Shown: in pieces, positions 1-11,293 of the stretch | Numbering within the stretch: the first letter of the stretch is position 1 | Layout: each line of letters starts with the position of its first letter | Assembly (NCBI GenBank): GCA_965237955.1 | Contig: OZ250169.1 | Span: 1,600,001 to 1,664,000 of the forward strand | Length of the DNA stretch: 64,000 bases | DNA from: Candidatus Marinacidobacterales bacterium | GTDB taxonomy: Bacteria > Acidobacteriota > Vicinamibacteria > Marinacidobacterales > SMYC01 | Direction of reading: 5' to 3' | The notes under the pieces: generated by a model | Told to the model about the DNA's origin: nothing | Seen by the model: only the letters and a program-made list of their open reading frames with translations | Database searches by the model: none | Program-made: the position numbers and the translations under genes

Positions 1-1816
1 TGTCTTCGGACGCTTTCGCTATCAGGCCGGCGACTTCGTCGCCGTCTTCGGGGTAGCTCGACATGCCGAACTGGAGAGCAGGGACGATGGGCGGGAGCTC
101 TTCGCCGACGCGAAACGGGTTTTTTTCGAGCAATTTTCGCATGCGCGCCACGACGCGGCCTCCTCCGTACTTGTCCGACGCGAACGCCGTCAGAGCGATG
201 AGATCTTTCGATGACATCATGCCGACGAGATCGACTTCACGGAGAGCCGCCATCGCTTGCTCCGCAACATGCCAGAGCACAGCTTCGCGAATCTCTTTAC
301 CGAACAACTCGACGATCTGAGTCAAATCGTCCACTTGAATCAAGATCAGCGTCAGCGGGCGGTCGACGCGACGGCACTTCGAGAGCTCGCGTTTGAGCTC
401 GGAGTAAAAATCTTCCTCGTCGTAGATCGGGACGTCACCGACGCGGAACCTCGGCCGCTGTACGGCCAAAGGAGAAGAGGCCGCCGCGTCAGGCTCGGGC
501 TTCTCTACCTGGCTCGGGTCCGTGTCCGCCTCCGCGCGCTCGGTCACCGCGGGCTCGGCGTCGGTTTCTTCCTCGGCTTTGGGCTCAGGCTCCGGCGGTC
601 GCGGCGCTGGTTGTTCCGTCTTCCACTCGACGTCGTCTTCCTCGTCGGCAACCGGCGCGGCATCGAGTCCCTGAACAGCTTGTGTTGCCGTACTTGCCAC
701 AGAGGCGCTGACGTCGACATCACCAGCTTCCTCGCTCTCCGGTGTAACGGGTTCCGCGTTGTCAGGCTTGTCAGGTTCACGCCCGTCTTCAGCCTTCTCG
801 TCTTTCGTTGCGGCCGCGGCCGCGGCAGGCGTCGCCGGCACGTCCGCGGCGGGTTCATCGGACACGGACGGCTCTGCTTCCGCTGCCTCGGGCTCGGGCG
901 CCGCATCGTCGTCGGTCGCTGCCGCCTTCTCTACTGGCTCTTGCACCTTGGGCTCGGACGCTTTCTCCTCGGTGCTTTCGTTTTTGTCGTCAACGGCGGC
1001 GACGGTAGCAGGCTCGTCCGTCGTGACCGGCTCCGTGGGTACAGCCGCGTCCGTATCCTCCGTATCTTTTTCGACGTCGGGCACTTCAGGAACCTCGGTG
1101 GGCGCTTCCACCGCAGAGGCAATCTCGGTTTCGTTTCGATGGGCCGCGGTCGCGGTGGCGGCGGGAGCGGCTGTGTCCGGCATCGTCTCTGACGTTTTGG
1201 CTTCCTTCGCCACATCCGGCGCGGGCGCGGGCGCGGACTCCGGCGACGGCACCTTGCCGGACCTCGATTTGGGAAGCTCGCCCGTACGCGCGCGCGGTAC
1301 CGGTGCGATCCGCGCAGGGGCCGGTTCTTCTTCCTTGCCAAAGAGCCTCCCGAGGAGCCCGCGCTTTTTTGGAGACGGCGTTTTCGAGGGGAGGCCGAGC
1401 CGGCTCAGAAAGCTCGACTGTGGTTTGCGCGTTTTCTTAGCGAGCAGCTCGACGACGAGGCGCTGGAGCTCGGGCGCACGGAACGGCTTGGTGAGAAAGC
1501 CGTCCGCCTTGAACTGCTGGAGTGCCTCGTGGCGATACTGCTGACGCAAGTAGACGCCGGTGATGATCACGACCTGGATCCCTTTCAGCTCACCATCCGT
1601 CTTGATTTGTTTGCACAGGTCGAACCCGGACAAGCCGGGCAGGAGCGCATCCAAGATGACGACGTCCGGCTGTTCCCGGTACACCGCGGGAAGCACATCG
1701 TGAGGGTCCGTCACGGTGTGCAGATTGCACCCGAGCGAGTCGAGAGCCTTCTCCAGGGCAGACAGGTCCTCGGAATCGTCGTCGACGATGAGAATGGAGG
1801 ATTCTGCTTCAGCCAT
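1..1816 (-). CDS. Response regulator: N-terminal receiver, long acidic/Pro-Ala linker, C-terminal degenerate GGDEF-like domain (runs off the left edge)
   Basis: Manual translation from ATG at 1816: MAEAESSILIVDDD...PDVVILDALLPGLSGFDLCKQIK...FLTKPF (REC motifs). The same frame near the edge gives ELKRELSKCRRVDRPLTLILIQVDDL...LREVDLVGMMSSKDL...QFGMSSYPEDG. Absent from the ORF track, consistent with no stop inside the window. Confidence 0.8.
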   Translation of the reverse strand, partial: MAEAESSILIVDDDSEDLSALEKALDSLGCNLHTVTDPHDVLPAVYREQPDVVILDALLPGLSGFDLCKQIKTDGELKGIQVVIITGVYLRQQYRHEALQQFKADGFLTKPFRAPELQRLVVELLAKKTRKPQSSFLSRLGLPSKTPSPKKRGLLGRLFGKEEEPAPARIAPVPRARTGELPKSRSGKVPSPESAPAPAPDVAKEAKTSETMPDTAAPAATATAAHRNETEIASAVEAPTEVPEVPDVEKDTEDTDAAVPTEPVTTDEPATVAAVDDKNESTEEKASEPKVQEPVEKAAATDDDAAPEPEAAEAEPSVSDEPAADVPATPAAAAAATKDEKAEDGREPDKPDNAEPVTPESEEAGDVDVSASVASTATQAVQGLDAAPVADEEDDVEWKTEQPAPRPPEPEPKAEEETDAEPAVTERAEADTDPSQVEKPEPDAAASSPLAVQRPRFRVGDVPIYDEEDFYSELKRELSKCRRVDRPLTLILIQVDDLTQIVELFGKEIREAVLWHVAEQAMAALREVDLVGMMSSKDLIALTAFASDKYGGGRVVARMRKLLEKNPFRVGEELPPIVPALQFGMSSYPEDGDEVAGLIAKASED

Positions 1817-2062
1817 GAACGTCCGCGGTTACCAAACGGAAGGAATGCGAAGATTGTGTTTCGCGCCCCGGAGTGCACCTTCCAGAGAACGGAAGCCTCT
1901 GGTACAACTCCTAAAGTTTATCATCGGGGCGGAACAGATTGCGAACAGAATGGGATAACTTACATCGCGACAAAGATATAGGGCGCTGGTCGGCTCGGGG
2001 CATCCTCTTCACCTCATTGAAAAAATCGGGAGCAGAGTGCTAGTCTGGTCCGAGCACACCAA

Positions 2063-2632
2063 ATGACGACCGATAGCGCCCTTAGCGCGAGACCCTGGCG
2101 AGCGAACCTTCCCGAGCTCCTGATGCTGGTTCTCGCCATCGTCGCCTCCGACCAAATCTCGAAAAGCCTGGTCGTGGACTCCCTCGGCCTGGGCCAGTCG
2201 GTTCCGCTAATCCCCGGATTTCTTCACTTCACGCTCGTGCGCAATACCGGCATGGCGTTCGGGCTTCTTTCTGGCGCCGATATTCCGTTCAAAGCCGCCC
2301 TGGTCACTTTGCTTTCGGTGACGGCAATGGGCGCAGTGACGTACTACGCATTGAAATCTCCCCGGAACGAACGGCTGACCCGCGTCGGGCTGACGTTCAT
2401 TCTCGGCGGAGCGATGGGCAACATCATCGACCGAGCGCGCCTGGGCTACGTGGTCGACTTCGTGGACGTTTTCTACCGAGACACGCACTGGCCCGCATTC
2501 AACGTCGCGGATACCTGCATCTGCATCGGCGTGGGTCTATTGCTGCTGGACAGCTTTCGTCGGCGCGATGAGGAACCCGAGCCGGCACGAGAGGCCGAAG
2601 TCGCAGGCGAGCCCGACCCAGGAGAAACATAA
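2063..2632 (+). CDS. lspA: Lipoprotein signal peptidase II
   Basis: Motifs DQISK, NTGMAFG, GAMGNIIDR, VVDF, FNVAD. Confidence 0.95.
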   Translation: MTTDSALSARPWRANLPELLMLVLAIVASDQISKSLVVDSLGLGQSVPLIPGFLHFTLVRNTGMAFGLLSGADIPFKAALVTLLSVTAMGAVTYYALKSPRNERLTRVGLTFILGGAMGNIIDRARLGYVVDFVDVFYRDTHWPAFNVADTCICIGVGLLLLDSFRRRDEEPEPAREAEVAGEPDPGET

Positions 2633-2649
2633 AGAGGAGAAACATAAAC

Positions 2650-3456
2650 TTGTTCCCCAAACTGTTCGACTTTGGTGAAATCAGCATATTCGGCTCTGAG
2701 TTCCACGCCATCCTGCACACCTACGGCTTTCTGCTCGCGGCGGGCTTTCTGATAGCGTTGAAAGTCGCCGCGATACGCGGAAAGAAGTTCGGGGTCGAGG
2801 CCAACCTCATCATGGATCTCGGCCTGTACATCCTCATATCCGCTCTCGTCGGCGCGAAGCTCCTACTGCTCATCGTCGACTGGGAACACTACCAGCACGA
2901 TCCGAAGAGTCTCATACGATCCGGCGGTGTTTTCTATGGTGGTCTCGTCGCCGCCGTCGTGACTTCGATCGTGTTCTTCCGCGTGCACAAACTCTCCGTA
3001 TGGATGATGACCGACATTCTCGCACCCTCGGTCGCACTCGGTCATGCGATCGGACGCTTGGGCTGTTTCAGCGCGGGTTGTTGTTACGGCAAACCAACGA
3101 CCATGCCGTGGGGCGTGACGTTCACCGATCCGTACGCACGCGAGATCGTAGGCGTGCCGCTCGGTATCTCCCTGCACCCGACGCAGCTCTACGAATCGAT
3201 CGTCGAGCTCGCGATCTTCGGGATCCTGATCTATTTGACCACCAAGAAGAAGTTCGATGGCCAGATCTTCTGGAGCTACGTCGCTTTGTACTCGGGAGCG
3301 CGGTTCATCATCGAGCACTATCGCGGTGATCTCGGCCGTGGCCTCGCGTTCGGCGGCGCGATCTCGACTTCCCAAATCATCGCCGCGGTGTTGATGGTCG
3401 TCGCCATCTTCGCGTTAATCGCGTTGCGACGGATGCCACAAAACCGTACCGCGTGA
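2650..3456 (+). CDS. lgt: Prolipoprotein diacylglyceryl transferase
   Basis: GGVFYGG, IGRLGCF..GCCYG, HPTQLYE, RFIIE..RGD motifs; adjacent to lspA. Confidence 0.95.
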   Translation: MFPKLFDFGEISIFGSEFHAILHTYGFLLAAGFLIALKVAAIRGKKFGVEANLIMDLGLYILISALVGAKLLLLIVDWEHYQHDPKSLIRSGGVFYGGLVAAVVTSIVFFRVHKLSVWMMTDILAPSVALGHAIGRLGCFSAGCCYGKPTTMPWGVTFTDPYAREIVGVPLGISLHPTQLYESIVELAIFGILIYLTTKKKFDGQIFWSYVALYSGARFIIEHYRGDLGRGLAFGGAISTSQIIAAVLMVVAIFALIALRRMPQNRTA

Positions 3457-4418
3457 GCCGCACCCATTCGTGGTCCATCGAGCCATCGGAAGATGGCTTG
3501 CGACTCGACGTAGCTGTCACCAGCCATCTCGAAGACGTGAGCCGGGCCCAGGTCAAAAAATGGATCGAACAGGGGCGTGTTCTCGTCGGCGGCGACGAGG
3601 TGCGAGCCTCGAGGCCGTGCCGCGAAGGAGACGCGATCGAGGTCCGTGTTCCCGAGCCGGTGCCGGGGGCGCCCGAGCCTGAAGAGATTCCGCTTACGAT
3701 CCTCTACGAGGACCCGCATCTCGTCGTCGTCGACAAACCTGCGGGGATGGTCGTCCACCCGTCACCGGGACATCCCTCGGGCACTCTGGTCAACGCGCTC
3801 TTGGTCCACTGCAAGGATCTGAGCGGTATCGGTGGTGTCGCGCGACCGGGGATCGTGCATCGGCTCGACATGGGCACGACCGGCGTCATCGTCGTGGCCA
3901 AAAACGATCACGCACACCGGCACCTCGCCGCACAGTTTCAGGCGCGCCGCGTGAAGAAACACTACATCGGCATCGTGCACGGCTCGACCCCAGAAGAGCT
4001 CGCGATCGACCGCGCGATCGGCCGAGACCCGATCCACCGAACAAAGATCTCGAGCCGAAGCCACCGCGCGAAACCGGCGCTCAGCGAAATCCACCGCCTC
4101 GAGTGTCTCCCCGCAAGCTCACTCATCGAGATCCGGATTCACACCGGCCGAACCCATCAGATCCGAGTACACTTGAGCGAAGTGGGCTACCCGTTGGTGG
4201 GCGATAAAGACTACGGCGCTCCCCGCAAACCGCCCACCGGGATGAGCCAATCCGAGTTCCACCCCCTCCGCGACTTCCCAAGACCCGCCCTCCACGCAAA
4301 ATCCCTAGAGCTAGAACACCCCGCCTCCGGCCAACTAGTAAAGTGGGAAGCCCCACTCCCGGAAGACATGCAAACCCTACTTACGAGGCTAAGACGCCTC
4401 CGTGACGGCACGGAATGA
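3453..4418 (+). CDS. rluD: RluA/RluD family pseudouridine synthase
   Basis: S4 domain (RLDVAV...SRAQVKKWI), VVDKPAGMVVHP, GIVHRLD, TGRTHQIRVH, LHA. Confidence 0.9.
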   Translation: MSRTHSWSIEPSEDGLRLDVAVTSHLEDVSRAQVKKWIEQGRVLVGGDEVRASRPCREGDAIEVRVPEPVPGAPEPEEIPLTILYEDPHLVVVDKPAGMVVHPSPGHPSGTLVNALLVHCKDLSGIGGVARPGIVHRLDMGTTGVIVVAKNDHAHRHLAAQFQARRVKKHYIGIVHGSTPEELAIDRAIGRDPIHRTKISSRSHRAKPALSEIHRLECLPASSLIEIRIHTGRTHQIRVHLSEVGYPLVGDKDYGAPRKPPTGMSQSEFHPLRDFPRPALHAKSLELEHPASGQLVKWEAPLPEDMQTLLTRLRRLRDGTE

Positions 4419-4440
4419 ACCCGTGAGCGCGAACTTTCAA

Positions 4441-4472
4441 GCCGATGGCTGATGGCCGACGGCGGATGGCGA
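4441..4472. repeat. Intergenic 7-mer tandem repeat (gccgatg/gctgatg family)
   Basis: gccgatg-gctgatg-gccgacg-gcggatg. Related arrays at about 24595-24619, 27143-27176, 50080-50110 and 62183-62266. Confidence 0.7.
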
Positions 4473-4473
4473 A

Positions 4474-6304
4474 ATGAGAAAGCTTACAAATAGCCTAGTA
4501 GCCGGCCAAGTCGCTGCCCTCCTGATAGCCGAATGCATCATCTTGTTCAACCCCGAAGTCCCGCACACGTGGACGAATGTGTTGTCGGTTTGGGGCACGT
4601 GCGCGCTCACGTATGGAATCGCCGCCGGTCTAGGGTTCTGGATGCTGCTGTACCTCGTGGAAGGCCGTACGCGGCAAGCCACTCGGCCCGGCGTGGCTAT
4701 CGTACCGGGTGTTGACGTGGCTCCTCATGCTGGCGCTCGCGGGCGCGGCCGCGCTTTGGTGGCACAACCTCGTCAGCCTGCGTCAGTTCATCCCGCCGGA
4801 GACGCTTCGGGTGGTTGCCATCGCGGCGACCGTGGTGACCGCGTCTTCCGGTGCACTCTTGGTCGTGTCTTTGTTCCATTACTCGTTCGGGCGGCGAGGC
4901 GCTCTCGTCAGCTACGCGGTCTCCGCCTTGTTCCTCGTCGCCGCGCTGACGCTCCCGCTGATCATGCGCCCGGAGCCCGTCGCCGAGGACGTGAGAATGC
5001 CGCTCGAGGAGAACCCGTCGTCACGTCGGTTGACGATCGTCGGTATCGAAAGCGCTTCGATGGCCTACGTGCTACCGGCGGTGGCGGAAGGAAAACTGCC
5101 CAACTTCGCGCGCCTGATAGAAGGTGGTGCGTCCGGTGCGCTCAGAACTCTGTACCCGACCGAGTCCCTCGCCGTGTGGACGAGCATCGCCACCGGCAAG
5201 TTTCCACGCCAACACGGTCTCAAGGCTTTCTACCGCTACCGCTTCCCGTTCGTATCGACGCACTTCTCGCTGCAACCGCGCGGCCTCGACTTCCCCACCC
5301 TCGATCGAATGGGCGCTTTGAAACGCACCGCTGTCACCGCGTCGCTCAGGCGCACTCAGCCATTCTGGAGCATTCTCAGCCGTTTCGGAGTCGATGTCGG
5401 GCTGTTGCGATGGTGGGGCACCTACCCCGCGGAAGAGATCCGGGGCTTCGTCGTCTCCGAATATTTCCACCGTCAAGTCCGGGAACGGTTCGATCCCCCG
5501 CTTCCGGATCTCACCTACCCTCCGGAGCTGTCCGATCGTCTGAGTGAGTACGTGGTGTTGCCGAGCCAGATCGACGGGGACACGCTGAGCCGGTTTGTCG
5601 ATACGTCAGTCGTGGTTCGCGATGGCTTTCCATGGCAATCGGAGCTTTGGCGCGCTCTTGCGGATGACACGACCTATCAAACCATCGGCACTCTACTCCG
5701 CGAAGAAATGGACCCCGACGTGTACGCGATCTATTTCTTTGGGCTCGATGCCATCGGTCACTACTTCACGCGCTACCACCTCCCGGAGCGATTCGGCGAC
5801 GTCAGCGACGAGGAGATCCGCAAGTAGGGACGCACCATCGAATCGTACTATCGCTACCTCGACACGATTCTCGGCGGCTATATCCAATCGCGACAGGAGA
5901 ACGAGACGATCCTCGTGCTCTCGGGTCACGGCATGGAGCCGTTACCCATCACCCGGCGTGTCATCGAGCCGTTCAAAGGCAACCCACATCTTTCCGGATA
6001 TCACGAGGACTCGCCCGACGGACTCCTCATCCTGTACGGCTCCGGCATCGCAGCCGGCGCGAAGATCCAAGGCGCCTCGGTTCTCGACATCACCCCGACA
6101 CTCCTGTACTTGATGGGCCTTCCACTGGGACGGGACATGCCCGGAAGCCTTCGCGCCGACGCCCTCGAAGAGGCGCTGGTACGTACGCAACCGGTGACGT
6201 TCATCTCCTCGTACCACAATTTCCTCATCGAGGCTCGCCGCCCAGTCGACGACGCCGACTGGTCCCCTCTGGATGCGATCCCAGAGCTAGAGGTTCCTGA
6301 GTAG
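4474..6304 (+). pseudogene. Membrane-anchored alkaline phosphatase/phosphodiesterase superfamily protein, interrupted by a frameshift (about 4690) and an in-frame TAG (5825-5827)
   Basis: N-terminal TM segments in two frames, then GKLPNFARL, PTESLAVWTSIATG..HG, GLDAIGH, LSGHG, H...PDG...DITPTLL..MGLP. The frame continues straight through TAG (EIRK*GRTIESYY). May be assembly error rather than a true pseudogene. Confidence 0.75.
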
Positions 6305-6357
6305 CCCCCCTGGAGTTGGTGGGGTCCGGGCGGCGGAAGCTGATAGAATCCGCCACG

Positions 6358-6891
6358 GTGACGGAAACCCAGATCATGGACGCTGCGGCATTCGAGCAAA
6401 AGCTCGAACGCCTCGCGGGAGAGATCGCCGAGAAGACCCGCAGCTTCGATGGTCGCGTCGCTCTGGTCGGGGTTCGGACCCGCGGGGTGCCGCTTTCCAA
6501 GCGGCTCGCGCACCACATCGAAGCTTCCACCGGCCGGCGTCCCGACCTGGGGGTGCTCGACATCACGTTGTACCGCGATGACCTGACAGCCGTGGGCGAG
6601 CAACCCATCGTCCGCCGCACCGAGCTCCCGTTTGCCGTAGATGACACCTGGATCGTGCTCGTCGATGACGTGCTCTACACCGGGCGGACGGTACGCGCCG
6701 CGATCACGGCTCTCATCGACTTCGGGCGACCGAAGACCATCCAGCTCCTCGTGCTCGTCGACCGCGGCTGGCGTGAGCTTCCGATTCACGCCGATTACGT
6801 CGGCACCACGCTCGAGACGGCCCGCGAGCAGACGGTGCACGTCCACGTGGCTGAACAAGACGGGCGTGACGAGGTGGTGCTCTCCGGATGA
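6358..6891 (+). CDS. pyrR: Pyrimidine operon regulator / uracil phosphoribosyltransferase
   Basis: [37 protein letters not shown]. Confidence 0.95.
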   Translation: MTETQIMDAAAFEQKLERLAGEIAEKTRSFDGRVALVGVRTRGVPLSKRLAHHIEASTGRRPDLGVLDITLYRDDLTAVGEQPIVRRTELPFAVDDTWIVLVDDVLYTGRTVRAAITALIDFGRPKTIQLLVLVDRGWRELPIHADYVGTTLETAREQTVHVHVAEQDGRDEVVLSG

Positions 6892-7847
6892 AGCTCTCGA
6901 GCAAAGACCTTCTCGATATCGAGAGCCTGAGCCCGGAGGAAATCGAGCTCGTTTTGGACACGGCGACGTCGTTCAAGGACGTGAGCGAGCGAACCATCAA
7001 GAAAGTGCCGACGCTTCGCGGCCGCACCGTCATCAACCTGTTCTTCGAAGCCAGCACGAGAACCCGCGTGTCGTTCGAGCTCGCGGCAAAGAGGCTCTCT
7101 GCCGATGCGATCAACGTGAGCGCGTCGGGAAGCTCGGTCGAAAAGGGCGAGACCCTTCTCGACACGGTTCGAAACCTGCAAGCGATGGCGCCCGACGTGA
7201 TCGTCATGCGCCACGGTGCATCGGGAGCGCCCTATGCCGTCGCGAACATGGTCGCCGCCGCCGTCGTCAACGCCGGCGACGGGATGCACGAGCACCCAAC
7301 CCAAGCGCTCCTGGACGCCTACACCATCCGCGAGGCCAAAGGGACACTCTCCCAACTCAAGGTGGTCATCGTCGGCGACTTGCTCCACAGCCGCGTGTTC
7401 CGCTCGAATCTCCGGCTCCTCACCAAGATGGGCTCGCACGTGGTCGTCACCGGACCACCAACGCTCATACCGCCGCACGTCGCCAAACTCGGCGCCGAAG
7501 TCGCGCCCACCATGGACGACGCGATCGCCGGCGCCGACGTGGTGATGATGCTCCGGGTGCAGAAAGAGCGTATGGCGGAAGCGTTTTTTCCGTCGGTGCG
7601 TGAGTACTTTCGCTTGTACGCGCTCACCGTGGCTCGACTCGAGCGTGCCAAGCCAGATGCGATCATCATGCACCCCGGACCTCTCAATCGCGGTCTCGAG
7701 ATCGACTCGAAAGTCGCAGACGGTCCCTACTCGCTGATCCTCGAGCAAGTTACGAACGGTGTCGCGGTGAGGATGGCGGTCCTCTACCTGCTGACCGGCG
7801 GACAACATGGACCGGGCGGACACGACAAAGAGGAAGACCACGCATGA
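6888..7847 (+). CDS. pyrB: Aspartate carbamoyltransferase catalytic subunit
   Basis: [31 protein letters not shown]. Confidence 0.97.
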   Translation: MKLSSKDLLDIESLSPEEIELVLDTATSFKDVSERTIKKVPTLRGRTVINLFFEASTRTRVSFELAAKRLSADAINVSASGSSVEKGETLLDTVRNLQAMAPDVIVMRHGASGAPYAVANMVAAAVVNAGDGMHEHPTQALLDAYTIREAKGTLSQLKVVIVGDLLHSRVFRSNLRLLTKMGSHVVVTGPPTLIPPHVAKLGAEVAPTMDDAIAGADVVMMLRVQKERMAEAFFPSVREYFRLYALTVARLERAKPDAIIMHPGPLNRGLEIDSKVADGPYSLILEQVTNGVAVRMAVLYLLTGGQHGPGGHDKEEDHA

Positions 7848-9133
7848 GCCGGCTCGTCGTTCGCGGCGCTCGTATCGTCGACCCCAGCCAGAATCTCGAC
7901 GAGGTCTGTGACCTCGTCCTCACCGACGGAATCGTCGAATCAATAGGCGCGGCGGTCGACGGTGTTCAGAGTGACGACGCTGAAGTGATCGAAGCCAAAG
8001 GCCTCGTCGCGGCGCCGGGCTTCATCGATATCCACGTTCACCTGCGTGAGCCCGGCTTCGAGTACAAAGAGACGATCGCGAGCGGCTCGCATGCAGCCGT
8101 TGCCGGAGGGTTCACTGCCGTCGCCGCGATGGCGAACACCGATCCTCCGAACGACAGCGCCGCGGTCACCGAGTTCATTCTCAGAAAGGCCGCGCAGGCG
8201 GACAAGGCACGCGTGTATCCCATCGGCTCCATCACCAAGGGCAGGTCGGGCGCCGAGCTCTCCGAGATGGGCGAAATGGTGGAAGCGGGCGCGGTCGCGG
8301 TGTCGGACGACGGGCTCCCGGTGGGCGACGTGAACGTGATGCGGCGCGCGATGGAGTACGCCACTGTGTTCGATATCCCCGTCATCGAACATTGCGAGAC
8401 GCCCGAGCTTCACCCCGGCGGCGTCATGAACGAAGGCTACTGGTCGACTGCTCTCGGCCTTCGCGGCATCCCTCGCGCTTCCGAGGAGATTTCCGTGGAC
8501 CGCAACGTCGTTCTCGCCGAGATGACGGGGGCGCGCTTCCACGTGGCGCACCTGTCCACGAGCGGTGCGCTCCGACGCGTGAAAGAGGCGAAAGCGCGAG
8601 GGCTCGTCGTCACCTGCGAGGTCACGCCCCACCACCTCGTTCTGACCGACGAGAGCGTGAAATCCTACGACACCGCAGCGAAGATGAGACCGCCGCTCGT
8701 GACCGAGAGCGACCGCGCCGCGCTTCTCGAGGGTCTCGCGGATGGGACCGTGGACGCGATCGCGACCGACCATGCTCCGCACCACATGGACGAGAAGAGC
8801 GAAGACTTCGACCACGCCCCGTTCGGTATCGTCGGCCTCGAGACCGCGGTATCGCTCTGTCTGGATCGGCTCGTCCGACCGGGCGTGATTTCGCTATCGC
8901 GCATGGTCGAGCTGTTGTCGATTGGTCCCGCCCGCATTCTCGGCGTGCCCGGTGGCTCGCTCGCAGTCGGCGCCCCCGCGGACGTAACGCTTTTGGATCT
9001 CGAGCGGCGCGTCCGTGTCGATCCTGACACTTTCGTATCGCGTGGGAGGAACACGCCCTTCGCCGGTTGGGAGCTCACCGGCTCCGCGACCACCACGATC
9101 GTCTCCGGCCGTGTCGTATGGACGAGAGAGTAA
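7844..9133 (+). CDS. pyrC: Dihydroorotase
   Basis: [26 protein letters not shown]; operonic with pyrB. Confidence 0.95.
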   Translation: MSRLVVRGARIVDPSQNLDEVCDLVLTDGIVESIGAAVDGVQSDDAEVIEAKGLVAAPGFIDIHVHLREPGFEYKETIASGSHAAVAGGFTAVAAMANTDPPNDSAAVTEFILRKAAQADKARVYPIGSITKGRSGAELSEMGEMVEAGAVAVSDDGLPVGDVNVMRRAMEYATVFDIPVIEHCETPELHPGGVMNEGYWSTALGLRGIPRASEEISVDRNVVLAEMTGARFHVAHLSTSGALRRVKEAKARGLVVTCEVTPHHLVLTDESVKSYDTAAKMRPPLVTESDRAALLEGLADGTVDAIATDHAPHHMDEKSEDFDHAPFGIVGLETAVSLCLDRLVRPGVISLSRMVELLSIGPARILGVPGGSLAVGAPADVTLLDLERRVRVDPDTFVSRGRNTPFAGWELTGSATTTIVSGRVVWTRE

Positions 9134-10002
9134 CGCAACCCAAGAAGCTTCTCAGAGACGGGCTCGAGGAGCTGCGCCGACGCTACGACGAGCGCTACCT
9201 GGCAACCGACCCGCTCGTGTTCCCGCGGCGGTTCGAGCGCAACCAGGATCGTGAGGTCGTCGGCCTGGTCGCATCCGCGCTCGCTTACGGGAACGTGAAG
9301 ACGATCGCGTCGAGCGTCGAGCGCTGTCTCGATTGGATGGGTCCGCGTCCCGCCGAGTTCGCACGGCACGCTCGCCCGCAAGAAGCGCTTCGCTCGCTCG
9401 GACGGTTTCGCCACCGCTGGACGAGGGCGCGGGACGTCGCCTGCCTCGTCCACTTCGCCGGCCAGATGCTCGAAAGCCATCACAGCATTGGCCGTTTTTT
9501 CGCAGAGAGCTACGCCGGCGGTGACATGGCGGAAAGCCTGTCAGGGTTCTCGCGGCGCGCGCTCGCCCTCGATCACGGCGGGCTCTATCGATCGCGAACG
9601 CTTCCCGCCAAAGCCGGTGTCCGGTTCTTTTTCACGAGCCCGAAAACGGGAGCGTGCAAACGCATGAACATGTACTTGCGATGGATGGTGCGACCCGACG
9701 ACGGATTGGATCTCGGTTTGTGGCCGCACATCCCGACGAGCGATCTCGTCGTGCCGCTCGATACGCATATCTACCGCATCGGCCGCCACCTCGGATGGAG
9801 TCAAAGGAAGACACCCGGATTCGGTGCGGCCCTGGACATCACTCGAAGCCTCGCGCTCGTCGATCCGGACGACCCAGTCAAATACGACTTTGCGCTGTCG
9901 CGCATGGGCATTCTCGAGAACTGCCCCCGTCATCGAAGCAATCGTGAACGGCGGACGTGCGAGCTCTGCAAACTCAAAGGGCTCGAGAGACGCCTTCGAT
10001 GA
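9118..10002 (+). CDS. TIGR02757/DUF2400 family protein (HhH-like)
   Basis: DPL.FP, ALAYG.V..I, CKRMNMYLRWMVR..DG.DLGLW, PLDTH, DPVKYDFAL. Confidence 0.85.
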   Translation: MDERVTQPKKLLRDGLEELRRRYDERYLATDPLVFPRRFERNQDREVVGLVASALAYGNVKTIASSVERCLDWMGPRPAEFARHARPQEALRSLGRFRHRWTRARDVACLVHFAGQMLESHHSIGRFFAESYAGGDMAESLSGFSRRALALDHGGLYRSRTLPAKAGVRFFFTSPKTGACKRMNMYLRWMVRPDDGLDLGLWPHIPTSDLVVPLDTHIYRIGRHLGWSQRKTPGFGAALDITRSLALVDPDDPVKYDFALSRMGILENCPRHRSNRERRTCELCKLKGLERRLR

Positions 10003-10208
10003 AAGACTGCTGCCGCAAGGAAAGCACCAAGAGTCTACGTCGCCACCGTGACGTCGCCACTTGCGATGACTGCGGCGCCCTGCTACTCGCCTACGGAAAC
10101 GACACGGACTTCGATCGCAGCGTCGAAGAGCTCGACAAACACGGCGTCGACTACCAGACGAGAACCCTCGGCAAGCTCAAAATCGTGGCGAAGGCGAAAA
10201 CCCTGTAG
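9999..10208 (+). CDS. Small Cys-containing hypothetical protein (69 aa)
   Basis: ATGA overlap with the upstream stop; MKDCC...CDDCG suggests metal binding. Confidence 0.6.
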   Translation: MKDCCRKESTKSLRRHRDVATCDDCGALLLAYGNDTDFDRSVEELDKHGVDYQTRTLGKLKIVAKAKTL

Positions 10209-10222
10209 CGTGAGCCACTTTG

Positions 10223-11185
10223 ATGTCGTTGTCGTTCCGCCCCCTGATCCCGGGAGCCCATCTCCAGACCATCGGTGGTCAGTTCGTCCGCGCGTTCCTC
10301 AGGTGGCCGTTCGCGACGGAAGCTACTATCGTCGAAGCGGAGGATGACGTTCGGCTGCTGGTGCGAGCGTCATGGCAACCGGGCAGCGTGGCCCGGCCCG
10401 CGCTCCTTTTGATCCACGGCCTCGAAGGCTCGGCCGAGTCGCGCTACATGCTCAGCGCCGGAATCCTCGCTTATCGCGCCGGCTATCACGTCATCCGCAT
10501 GAACATGCGCGGTTGCGGCGACTCGCTCGAGCTTTGTCCCCGCCTCTATAACGCTGGCTTGACGGCGGATCTCGTCGCGGTGTCCGACTGGCTGGCGCGG
10601 CGCGTCCCGCGCTTCGCCGTCGGCGGGTTCTCTCTCGGCGCCGGTTTGACGCTTCTGACGCTCGCTCGCGAGAAAAAGCGCCTCCCCGACGCGTGCGTCG
10701 GAGCGGTTGCGGTGTGCCCGCCGCTCGACATGTCGCGGTGCGCCGATGCGCTCGAGCTTCGGAAAAACTGGATCTATCAGCTTCGTTTCACGCGATCCTT
10801 GTGTCAGTCGTATCGATTGCGGCAACGGTTATTGCCGGAACGCTACGAGAAAGGCCGTGAGCGCGGCATCACCACGCTGCGCCAGTTCGACGACGTCGTG
10901 ACAGCGCGCTACGGAGGTTATCGCGACGCGGACGACTACTACCTCGCGGTGAGCACTGGACCCAAACTCGAAGAGATCGATCGACCCGCACTCATTCTTG
11001 GCGCGGACAATGATCCGTTCATCCCATACGAAAGCATCACGCGCTGGCCGCATTCGGAGAGCGTCCGGGTCGAGATCGTAGAAGGTGCGGGTCACATGGG
11101 TTTCGTCGCTGGCTCCAACGCCCCGCGCTACTTCTGGGCCGCGGATCGCATGCTCGCCTTCTTGCACGCGATTGATTCTGTTTGA
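10223..11185 (+). CDS. YheT-like alpha/beta hydrolase
   Basis: HLQTI, HGLEGS, MRGCG, GFSLG nucleophile elbow, DNDPFIP, GHMGF. Confidence 0.9.
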   Translation: MSLSFRPLIPGAHLQTIGGQFVRAFLRWPFATEATIVEAEDDVRLLVRASWQPGSVARPALLLIHGLEGSAESRYMLSAGILAYRAGYHVIRMNMRGCGDSLELCPRLYNAGLTADLVAVSDWLARRVPRFAVGGFSLGAGLTLLTLAREKKRLPDACVGAVAVCPPLDMSRCADALELRKNWIYQLRFTRSLCQSYRLRQRLLPERYEKGRERGITTLRQFDDVVTARYGGYRDADDYYLAVSTGPKLEEIDRPALILGADNDPFIPYESITRWPHSESVRVEIVEGAGHMGFVAGSNAPRYFWAADRMLAFLHAIDSV

Positions 11186-11293
11186 TGAGAAGTTAAGGCG
11201 AAATAGTTACAGCTATACTTTAGGTTTTTCGTTTGGCCGTGTTGATTGCTCGCCTCGGTCGAGGCAGTTTGAGGAAGGGTTTAGGGGGAGACG

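Noticed and set aside
257-1544. Long plus-strand ORFs (257-1192, 759-1544) and similar long antisense ORFs across the window
   Set aside because: Shadow frames of real genes in high-GC DNA, with no motifs
6305-6357. PyrR attenuator leader upstream of pyrR
   Set aside because: Only about 50 bp intergenic; no recognisable PyrR-binding loop or terminator/antiterminator
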